DNA of 60,980 nucleotides from Candidatus Dadabacteria bacterium (GTDB taxonomy: Bacteria > Desulfobacterota_D > UBA1144 > Nemesobacterales > JADFKM01), in the NCBI GenBank assembly GCA_022564935.1, contig JADFKM010000004.1:1-60980 (forward strand), written 5' to 3'. Positions 9,402-16,926 of this stretch are shown piece after piece. The position numbers and the translations under genes were made by a program. The notes under the pieces were generated by a model, which saw only the letters and a list, made by a program, of their open reading frames with translations, was not told the origin of the DNA and made no database searches. The stretch's first letter is position 1; each line of letters starts with the position of its first letter.

Positions 9402-9610
9402 TCTCGAAGTTATTCATATCAGAATTTAATTCCAGCAATTCTTGGTATTTATTAGTTCGAAGTGTATCCAATAGCCCCAGCCAGAATTTATAAGAAGCGC
9501 CATCCGCCATCGTGTTGAGAGGTTTCCTTAAGGAGCATTCGACACTTGACCCACTTCTTTTCGATTTTAAAAACATAGAGTTCATTATTTTCATATCGTC
9601 TGGATTAGTA
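9402..9610 (-). pseudogene. Second serine recombinase C-terminal remnant reading through the distal att core
   Basis: IMNSMF...SGSSVECSLRKPLNTMADGASYKFWLG aligns to LINSVF...KGATLQYSLKKPFDLMVDCTTYQEWLG of the first remnant. Confidence 0.7.
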
Positions 9611-9638
9611 TTGACATTTATCCTAAAAGAAATAATTA

Positions 9639-9662
9639 TAATAAATGAATATTCATTTATTA
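9639..9662. promoter_or_regulatory. Perfect 24-bp palindrome, probable TetR operator
   Basis: TAATAAATGAATATTCATTTATTA overlapping TATAAT, downstream of TTGACA (9611-9616), 35 nt before tetR. Confidence 0.75.
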
Positions 9663-9697
9663 AATCAGTTTGAATTTTCATTATAGGATGCAATCAG

Positions 9698-10267
9698 ATG
9701 GCAAGACCAACGGTTAAGCTAGACGATATTGAAAGGGCGGCTATAAAGCTGTTCGCTTCTCGCGGCATCGGCCATGTGACCATTAAGGACATCGCGCGGG
9801 AGGCGCAGTGCGCCGAAGGGGCTCTTTACTGCCATTACACGGGCAAGGACGATCTGGCAAGCACGCTGTTCATTCGCGAGGTGTCGAAGTTCGGGTCGCG
9901 GCTCAAGACCGTTCTGTGCGGGCCGGGCTCTTTTGACGATCGTGTGAGGAGGGGGGTGGGGACTTTTTACGCCTATTTCGACGACGACCCCGTAGCTTTT
10001 TCCTTTGTTTTGCTTTCCCAGCACAATTTTCCTGACGGTGTAGACGTCGACCCGGAGGTTAACCCGGTGAGCCTGTTGATACGTTTTGTCGAGGAGGGGA
10101 CAAAAGCCGGTGCTTTCGTGACGGCAGACCCCCTTTTTAAGGCGTCAATGGTTCTCGGTCTCGTCCTTCAGCCTGCGACCATGATGGCGACCGGCAGGCT
10201 TGATGGGAGTATGGAACAAAGAGCGGATGAGGTGACAAAGGCGTGTTTGGGAGTGCTGCATTCATGA
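9698..10267 (+). CDS. TetR/AcrR family transcriptional regulator
   Basis: AAIKLFASRG...TIKDIAREA...GALYCHY.GKDDL HTH. Confidence 0.93.
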   Translation: MARPTVKLDDIERAAIKLFASRGIGHVTIKDIAREAQCAEGALYCHYTGKDDLASTLFIREVSKFGSRLKTVLCGPGSFDDRVRRGVGTFYAYFDDDPVAFSFVLLSQHNFPDGVDVDPEVNPVSLLIRFVEEGTKAGAFVTADPLFKASMVLGLVLQPATMMATGRLDGSMEQRADEVTKACLGVLHS

Positions 10268-10280
10268 GGAGTTCAGCGCT

Positions 10281-12956
10281 GTGATAGCTCAGGCGATAGA
10301 GAGACGGGCCATCGAGAGCCCTGAAAAAACGGCGGTTCAAATCAAGCGCGATGGGAAGTATTACACGGTCACATACGCAGAGCTCTGGAGCCGCTCCATT
10401 GCCGTCGCCGCCGCTCTCCGGGACGCGGGCACCCAAAGCAGCGACCGCGTGGCGCTGTATGCCGACAACACGCCTGAGTGGGTCGTTTGTTTTCTGGGAA
10501 TACACCTCTTGGGAGCGGTCGTTGTCCCTTTAGACGTACAGTACAGGGCGGGTGACATCGAGCCTTTGTTGCTTTTTTCGGAGTCAAAAGCCGTGATTGC
10601 CGATAGGGACAGGGTTGGGGAGGTAGAGGAATTCATCGAAAGCTCGGGCGCTGAGATCAATGTTTTCGTGATAGATCCCGCAGACCCCGTCTCCATAATT
10701 AATGCCCCTGAGCAGGAAGGGTTTGTAGCTCACAGCCACAACCCGGACGACCTCATGTCCATTATATTCACTTCCGGCACGACGGGCGACCCTAAAGGGG
10801 TCGAGCTTACTGTGGGCAACATTTACAGCAACGTAACCGAGGTATTGAGCACCATTAAGGTCAGGGGGAGCGACAACATACTCAACATACTTCCCCTTCA
10901 CCATGTGTACTCAAGCAACGTCGGCCTCATCGGCCCTTTGTGCGTCGGAGCCACGGTCACGTTTTGCAGCTCCCTTAAAGGCCCTGAACTGTTGAGCGCT
11001 ATGCAGGAAACGGGAGTGAGCATTTTCCCCGGCGTGCCCAAGCTGTTCAGCCTGTTCGACAGGGCGATTTTTCAAAAAGTAGATTCGCTCGGTCTTGTGC
11101 AGAGAATGGTGTTTTTGGCTCTATTCCGGATATCCGGCTGGTTAAGAAGGGTCGCGGGGCTGCGTGCCGGGCGATTTTTCTTCAGCGCCATACACAAGCA
11201 GTTCGGCCCTAAATTCCGCTTTATGGCGAGCGGCGGGGCGAAGCTTGACAAAAACGTGTGCGAGCGGTTTTTGGACCTGGGCTTTGTATTAATCGAGGGG
11301 TACGGCCTCACGGAGACCTCCCCGGTTATTTCGTTCACCTCGCTTTCCGATCCCACGCCCGGAAGCGTCGGGCTGCCGATTGAAGGGGTAGAGGTTAAGA
11401 TCGATTCCATGGACTCCGAGGGCACGGGAGAGATATGTGTGCGCGGGCCGGGACTCATGCGGGGCTATCACAACAACGACGAGGCCACCGGGAAGGTGAT
11501 GAAGGACGGGTTCTTTCATACGGGCGACCTGGGCTATATGGATAGCAAGGGGATGATCCACATAACGGGACGAGCCAATGAGGTAATTACGCTTTCATCG
11601 GGCAAGAACATATATCCCGAAGATGTGGAAAAGCACTACGCGGAGACCCAGATGGTAGAGGAGATATGCATTCTGCCGGTTGAGGGTGGCGAGGCAGGGG
11701 TCGAGAGGCTGAGGGCCGTGGTCGTGCCCGATGCGGGGGAGCTTGCCGCAAGGCATGTGGTCGATGTTAGGGAGCGCATCAGGTCGCAGCTTGCCATAGT
11801 CGGGGCGAAGCTTCCGAGCTATATGCACGTCACCGACCTCGTTCTGCTGGATGCGGAGCTTCCCAGAACGAGGCTCGGAAAGCTAAGGCGCGCCAAGATA
11901 GAGGAAATGGTTAAGGAAAAAAAGGAGTCCGGGACAATTGACGGAGCCCGTGAGATACCTCGTGAGATGGTGGAGCTGATGGATGCCCCTCAATCAAAGA
12001 AATTTCTGAAGAGGCTTGCGGAGCTAACCCGGAACGACGGCCCGTTTTACCCGGACCAGGAGCTGGCCATAGACCTTGGCGTCGATTCCCTTACCAAGTT
12101 ACAGCTCGCTGTTGTGCTTGAGCAGGAATTCTCCACCAAAGTCAACGAGGAAGAGCTGTCGGAGCTGAACACAGTGGGCGATATGCTTGAAATAATCCGC
12201 GGGGCCGACACCGATGAGCAAACCGCCGAGGCGGAGCTAAGCTGGTCAGCCGTGCTCCGGGAGCCCCCGCTGACACGCCTCGATGAGCTGTTTAATGTGC
12301 GCAGGGGCGCGCTCAATAGGATCATGGTCAGGGTTATAAAGGCGCTGGGCTACGTTTTGGTTCGCATCTTTTTCCGGGCGACAATCAAGGGGGCGGAAAA
12401 AATTCCAAGAGACCGGCCGGTGTTGATCTGTCCCAGCCATAACAGCTACATCGACCCTGTGCTGCTATACTGCTTGCTCCCCGGCGAGGTGGTTAACGGC
12501 TTATTTTTTGTGGGGTTCGGAGACGTGTTCAGGAGACCCCCGCTCTCGTGGATAGTGAAGAGCGCAAGGATAATTTTCACCGGGGCGGCGAGCACTATGG
12601 TGGAGTCCCTCAAACTCTCATACGACGCGCTCAACAGGGGAAATATCGTCTGCATATTTCCCGAGGGCGGCAGGGCGACGGGCAAAGATTTTATGAAGCC
12701 GAGGCCGGGCGCCGGAATACTGTCGGTAGAAGCCGGAGTCCCCGTGGTACCGGTCTATATTAAAGGGGCGGATAACATATTATCACCTGTGAGACCCGGT
12801 TTCAGGTTAACCAAGATCAGTTTGTACGTAGGCGAGCCTATCGAGCCCCCACCCGGCGCCGCAAGCCCAATGGAGAGCTACGGGGAAATGATGAGCAGCT
12901 GGGAGCGTGCGGTAAGAGGTCTGAGGGATGAAGCCGGGGAGCTGGGGAGTGGCTAA
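10281..12956 (+). CDS. Multidomain acyl-CoA/AMP ligase + acyl carrier + PlsC-type acyltransferase
   Basis: FTSGTTGDPKG, GYGLTE, FHTGDLG; DLGVDSL phosphopantetheine site; HNSYID and IFPEG acyltransferase motifs. Confidence 0.92.
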   Translation: MIAQAIERRAIESPEKTAVQIKRDGKYYTVTYAELWSRSIAVAAALRDAGTQSSDRVALYADNTPEWVVCFLGIHLLGAVVVPLDVQYRAGDIEPLLLFSESKAVIADRDRVGEVEEFIESSGAEINVFVIDPADPVSIINAPEQEGFVAHSHNPDDLMSIIFTSGTTGDPKGVELTVGNIYSNVTEVLSTIKVRGSDNILNILPLHHVYSSNVGLIGPLCVGATVTFCSSLKGPELLSAMQETGVSIFPGVPKLFSLFDRAIFQKVDSLGLVQRMVFLALFRISGWLRRVAGLRAGRFFFSAIHKQFGPKFRFMASGGAKLDKNVCERFLDLGFVLIEGYGLTETSPVISFTSLSDPTPGSVGLPIEGVEVKIDSMDSEGTGEICVRGPGLMRGYHNNDEATGKVMKDGFFHTGDLGYMDSKGMIHITGRANEVITLSSGKNIYPEDVEKHYAETQMVEEICILPVEGGEAGVERLRAVVVPDAGELAARHVVDVRERIRSQLAIVGAKLPSYMHVTDLVLLDAELPRTRLGKLRRAKIEEMVKEKKESGTIDGAREIPREMVELMDAPQSKKFLKRLAELTRNDGPFYPDQELAIDLGVDSLTKLQLAVVLEQEFSTKVNEEELSELNTVGDMLEIIRGADTDEQTAEAELSWSAVLREPPLTRLDELFNVRRGALNRIMVRVIKALGYVLVRIFFRATIKGAEKIPRDRPVLICPSHNSYIDPVLLYCLLPGEVVNGLFFVGFGDVFRRPPLSWIVKSARIIFTGAASTMVESLKLSYDALNRGNIVCIFPEGGRATGKDFMKPRPGAGILSVEAGVPVVPVYIKGADNILSPVRPGFRLTKISLYVGEPIEPPPGAASPMESYGEMMSSWERAVRGLRDEAGELGSG

Positions 12957-13196
12957 CCGCTTTTGTGCGATAAAATAGCCGTTGTTTTGAGTACGGCCGG
13001 CAACTGCATGAGGTCTCAAAATCAGTACAAAACAGTGTGTGATTTGCCGCATTTTGAGCGCTCTAAAGGCTCGAAAAACCCGAATTAGCTGAAAAAAGAC
13101 AGAACATGAATTACAAATGGCTCCTTTGGCGATAATTGTGTTATACTTTATTAGCGTATTTTAAAGGAGGGTGGAAATTCTAGAGAAGGATGTGAT

Positions 13197-13730
13197 ATGA
13201 AATATCTGATTCAAAAGCCGCTTGTACCGTTGGCTGAGATTAGCAGGACGCTTGTGATTCCTGAATCTACTCTCAGGGACTGGATCCGGAAGGGGAAAAT
13301 CGTTGTGGAGTCTGCTGCGCGCTCATACCGCAAATCCGCTATGAACATGGTGGATTTAAACAGCCTGTCCAATGAGCTTGACAGGGATACCGAGGAGCTT
13401 GCCGCCGAGCTGACCAGCAGGGATGTTAAAATATTCATCCGAACGCTTACCAAGTCGGAAACTGAGAACATAACTGGCGCGGCTCAGTACGAGGCTATGG
13501 AGCCTGAAGGCCTCTATGAATCCGCAGGGCAGCTGCATAGAGAGATTCATATGTTGTTCTCCGAGCTTAAGCAGTACAAGCCCGATATAGGGAAGATCGA
13601 AGAGGTCAACATCGACAACCTTTCAGAGTATCTTCATATCAAGCCTGAAAAGCTTCTCTTCGAGCTGGAGAAGGAAAGACAGAGAAGGAAGAACTTTATA
13701 GATAAGCTTCTCCCCGGCATCGATAGCTAA
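13197..13730 (+). CDS. Helix-turn-helix domain hypothetical protein (MerR/excisionase-like N-terminus)
   Basis: LAEISRTLVIPESTLRDWIRKGKI; AAGGA RBS. Confidence 0.7.
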   Translation: MKYLIQKPLVPLAEISRTLVIPESTLRDWIRKGKIVVESAARSYRKSAMNMVDLNSLSNELDRDTEELAAELTSRDVKIFIRTLTKSETENITGAAQYEAMEPEGLYESAGQLHREIHMLFSELKQYKPDIGKIEEVNIDNLSEYLHIKPEKLLFELEKERQRRKNFIDKLLPGIDS

Positions 13731-14084
13731 ACTCTTACCTATGCACTTGATGTCGTAAAGCAAACCCTGTAAAAATACCCGGCACTGAAAAATAAAAGTA
13801 GGCCGTAGTGTCTGCCGCATAATTATCAGTGCCCCTGGGCCTTGGAGGGCGTCACCTGCTGTTCCCAGCGGTATTCTGACGGTTGCTGGGGTTTAGGGCT
13901 GTGGCTGATACTGCTTATCTTAAATCTCCCTTATACTTCCGAATAGAAATAGAAGCGCTCCAGCGTGTTTGATTTGCCTAATTGTGCATTCCCCTGTGGA
14001 ATATGCCGGTTGTAAACCGGTGTTCCCTATAACTTGTGGGGTTTAGTTAACATTAGCAAAAATACTCAGAGGAGGTAGAAAGCC

Positions 14085-14357
14085 ATGGATTGGGGGTTGT
14101 ATTTTCCATCACACATACAATCCTGGCAGTGGGTTTCTCACGGGGAGTCCAGGGGGTTTTCGTACTTCATGCCCTATGACAGCATAGGTAGCGACGTGTA
14201 CGAGACCCTGGCTCTCTGCGCCCACAACACGAAGACCATAAAGCTCGACCCGACCCTCGTTATATCCCATACGCTGCCCCTTGAAGAAACCCCTAAAGGG
14301 TATGAGCTTATGGACGGCAGAACAGCAAACGCTATAAAGGTCGTGCTGAGTCCTTGA
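14085..14357 (+). pseudogene. Chimeric scar: luciferase-like monooxygenase N-terminus fused to zinc alcohol dehydrogenase C-terminus
   Basis: MDWGLYFP...ESRGFS...YDS...LALCAHNTKTIKL joined to DPTLVISHTLPLEETPKGYELM...AIKVVL. Confidence 0.7.
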
Positions 14358-14445
14358 CGAATAGTTTGTTGGAATGAGAGTCTATATAAAACGCAGGGAC
14401 TAAGGTTTTAGCGCTAAGCTAAATTAAGAGGGGAATAGCGTTGAG

Positions 14446-14586
14446 TTATGCTCCCCCCTTATCAGTAAGCTTGTAGATTTTGGCCTCGATGAATACGTCC
14501 AATAACTCTCTGTCCAGCTTACCGTCTTTGGCCTCATACCCCAGAATATCTAGAGCCCTTTCTGTGCTCAGCGCCTTTTTGTAAGC
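14446..14586 (-). pseudogene. C-terminal remnant of an HD-GYP phosphohydrolase
   Basis: YKKALSTERALDILGYEAKDGKLDRELLDVFIEAK with no upstream domain. Confidence 0.65.
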
Positions 14587-14640
14587 ACTAGGGACAAGAC
14601 GCGACGGGTGAAATGGAGCGCAATGCTCGTCTTCGATTGT

Positions 14641-14669
14641 TTGCAACTTCACCCGCCGTAATATAGAAT
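14641..14669 (+). promoter_or_regulatory. Sigma-70 promoter of aroC, likely leaderless transcript
   Basis: TTGCAA-N17-TAGAAT, 6 nt before ATG, no SD. Confidence 0.65.
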
Positions 14670-14675
14670 TTCTTC

Positions 14676-15755
14676 ATGCCGGGAAACAGTTTTGGAAGGG
14701 TTTTTCGCATCACCACTTGGGGAGAGTCTCACGGGCCCGCCCTTGGTGTGGTTGTGGACGGATGTCCCGCCGGGCTTGCTTTATCTAGCGAGGACATACA
14801 AGTTGAGCTCGACCGTCGCCGGCCTGCTCAGAGCGCTATTACTACCCAGAGAAAAGAGCCCGACGAGGTTCAGATCCTCTCAGGGGTTTTTGAGGGGAAA
14901 ACCCTCGGAACCCCTATATCTATGATCGTTCACAACTATGATGTTATATCAAAGTCCTATGAGGACATAAAGGACACCTACCGCCCCGGTCACGCCGACT
15001 ACACCTACGATGAGAAATACGGCCTCAGGGATTACAGGGGAGGGGGGAGGTCTTCGGCCCGCGAAACGGTCGGAAGGGTAGCAGCTGGAGCTATTGCAAA
15101 GAAAATACTTGCCCTTGAAGGCATCAACACCACAGGGTTCGTGAAGCAGGTCGGCCATATCGTGGCCGAAGATATAGACTTCGGCGAGATCGAGAAAAAT
15201 CCCGTCAGGTGTCCGGACGCACGCAAAGCGCCGGAGATGATAAAGCTCATTGAAGGTGTGAGGCGCGAAGGGGATTCAATCGGCGGAGTAGTCGAGGTGC
15301 AAACCACCGGCCTCCCTCAGGGGCTCGGGGACCCGGTGTTTAACAAGCTCGACGCCGACCTGGCCTCTTCGCTGATGAGCATAGGAGGTATCAGGGGGTT
15401 TGAGGTAGGCATGGGGTTTGATGTGGCAAGGCGCAGGGGCTCGGAGGCAAACGACCTTATGTACATGGGTGGGGACGGCAGATTGAGATTCCGCACAAAC
15501 AACGCGGGGGGTCTCCTTGGCGGCATAACGAACGGCGAAGACCTTGTTGTGAGGATAGCCATAAAGCCCACTTCCTCCATTCCCAAGCCGCAGGAAACGG
15601 TTGATAAGTATGGGAATCCAAAGGAGCTCGTGGTCAAGGGTAGACACGACCCGTGCCTATGTCCAAGGGCTGTGCCCATAGCTGAAGCGATGGTCAATCT
15701 CGTGCTCGTTGACCATCTGTTCATGCACAGGCTGTCTAGGATTGGTGAGTCTTAG
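14676..15755 (+). CDS. aroC: Chorismate synthase
   Basis: GESHG, RPGHAD, RSSARET, KPTSSI, GRHDPC. Confidence 0.98.
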   Translation: MPGNSFGRVFRITTWGESHGPALGVVVDGCPAGLALSSEDIQVELDRRRPAQSAITTQRKEPDEVQILSGVFEGKTLGTPISMIVHNYDVISKSYEDIKDTYRPGHADYTYDEKYGLRDYRGGGRSSARETVGRVAAGAIAKKILALEGINTTGFVKQVGHIVAEDIDFGEIEKNPVRCPDARKAPEMIKLIEGVRREGDSIGGVVEVQTTGLPQGLGDPVFNKLDADLASSLMSIGGIRGFEVGMGFDVARRRGSEANDLMYMGGDGRLRFRTNNAGGLLGGITNGEDLVVRIAIKPTSSIPKPQETVDKYGNPKELVVKGRHDPCLCPRAVPIAEAMVNLVLVDHLFMHRLSRIGES

Positions 15756-15829
15756 TATGCCGGGGTAGCGATATCCGAATTGTGCCGATTTGAGTAGCGG
15801 TAGCGCTTTTGTAACGTTTAAATCACGTA

Positions 15830-16180
15830 TTATGATGCTTTTTGTTTTAATGTCTGTAGAGCTTTCTTATGGATTCCCCTTAACATTTCGGGGTACACAG
15901 TCAGCTTGATTCCCGATCTGTAATGGCCTAGGATTGTGTCTTGGAAAGTCCATACGACTTCGCCTTCCGTCTTTATGGACATATCGCCAAGCTGGATTTC
16001 AATTTTCAGCGTTGTGCCGACATCTACAGCCTTTTCGGTAAAGATTCCGAGTCCGTAGTCGGAAAGGTCATAACAGGCTCCATAATCTTCGGGCTTTTGG
16101 ATTCCGAATTTGATTCTCTGCTTAAAAGGGACTCTTTTAGACTTTCTTATCTCTTTTTTCAATGGTGTTCCGACTCTCAC
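15830..16180 (-). CDS. PilZ domain protein
   Basis: RKSKR and DLSDYG c-di-GMP motifs, GEVVW. Confidence 0.85.
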   Translation of the reverse strand: MRVGTPLKKEIRKSKRVPFKQRIKFGIQKPEDYGACYDLSDYGLGIFTEKAVDVGTTLKIEIQLGDMSIKTEGEVVWTFQDTILGHYRSGIKLTVYPEMLRGIHKKALQTLKQKAS

Positions 16181-16266
16181 AGTTAATATTCCTATATACC
16201 GGCAGTCGGCGTCAACGTCAGGCCGTTGGATATTAAAACGGAAAGCAATTTCTTCTGACCCGATAC

Positions 16267-16602
16267 TCAGTAAAAGGTCTTTGCATGCTTTATCTTTTGT
16301 ATTCTCTTATAGATTTTTTTCAATTTCTCAGGGTATTCGATCAGTTTAGTTCCGGCTCTGCATGTGCTGGCCTTTTGGTCATGGAAAGACCAGATTACCT
16401 CTCCTTCGATCCTTAGAAACTCGTTTTCAAGCATGATCTCTATTACCAGTCTTGAGCCCACTTTAAGCACGCTGTCGCAATAGATTCCAAGGCCGTAATC
16501 GGAAAGGTTATATGCGTACCCGTAATTGGTAGGCTCTGTTTCTCCATATTTTATGGTTCTTTTGAATAGAACCCTTTCGGATTTTCTTCTATCTTTCGAC
16601 AT
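16267..16602 (-). CDS. PilZ domain protein (paralog of 15830-16180)
   Basis: RRKSER and NLSDYG motifs, GEVIW. Confidence 0.85.
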   Translation of the reverse strand: MSKDRRKSERVLFKRTIKYGETEPTNYGYAYNLSDYGLGIYCDSVLKVGSRLVIEIMLENEFLRIEGEVIWSFHDQKASTCRAGTKLIEYPEKLKKIYKRIQKIKHAKTFY

Positions 16603-16758
16603 GTCTGTTCAGTCGTTGTTGCTAGCGTCGGCAGATATATTTTCCTTAGAAACCCTTAAACGCAGAGGCTTATCTAGTAATATATAACATGAATTTGTGT
16701 GTGTGGGATAATCTAACCGTCAGTAAAACGTCTTGGCGTGATGTGTAATTATTATTCT

Positions 16759-16822
16759 TGGGTAAAGTGATATTTTAGCCACTAAAAGTATAGATTAGTG
16801 GCACGAATATTAAAAGAATCCC
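16759..16822 (+). repeat. Copy 2 of the ~65-bp dispersed repeat
   Basis: TGGGTAAAGTGATATTTTAGCCACTAAAAGTATAGATTAGTGGCACGAATATTAAAAGAATCCC matches reverse complement of 3350-3415. Confidence 0.85.
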
Positions 16823-16926
16823 TTACCAGAGCGTTTGACTCTAAGTTGTGCGCATCAAATACTACGTCTCATGGGCTTTGATATTGAGTTTGAATGGGAG
16901 AGGATACTCATTTAAGTTAATTTAAT

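Larger units (their letters stand above)
7408..9483. mobile_element. Decayed genomic island integrated in tRNA-Gln, bounded by direct repeat CCCCAGCCA
   Basis: Repeat at 7408-7416 and 9475-9483, the latter preceded by GTTCGAA...TCC like the tRNA T-arm; AT-richer than flanks; integrase and IS remnants. Confidence 0.75.

Noticed and set aside
13990-14042. Cobalamin riboswitch-like AGGGAACACCGGTTTACAACCGG on minus strand
   Set aside because: Lacks the CCC-GCAACTGT and B12 box; orientation is opposite to the downstream gene; only a hairpin is supported.
16775-16803. CIRCE element in the dispersed repeat
   Set aside because: Arms and spacer differ from TTAGCACTC-N9-GAGTGCTAA; no chaperone gene nearby.
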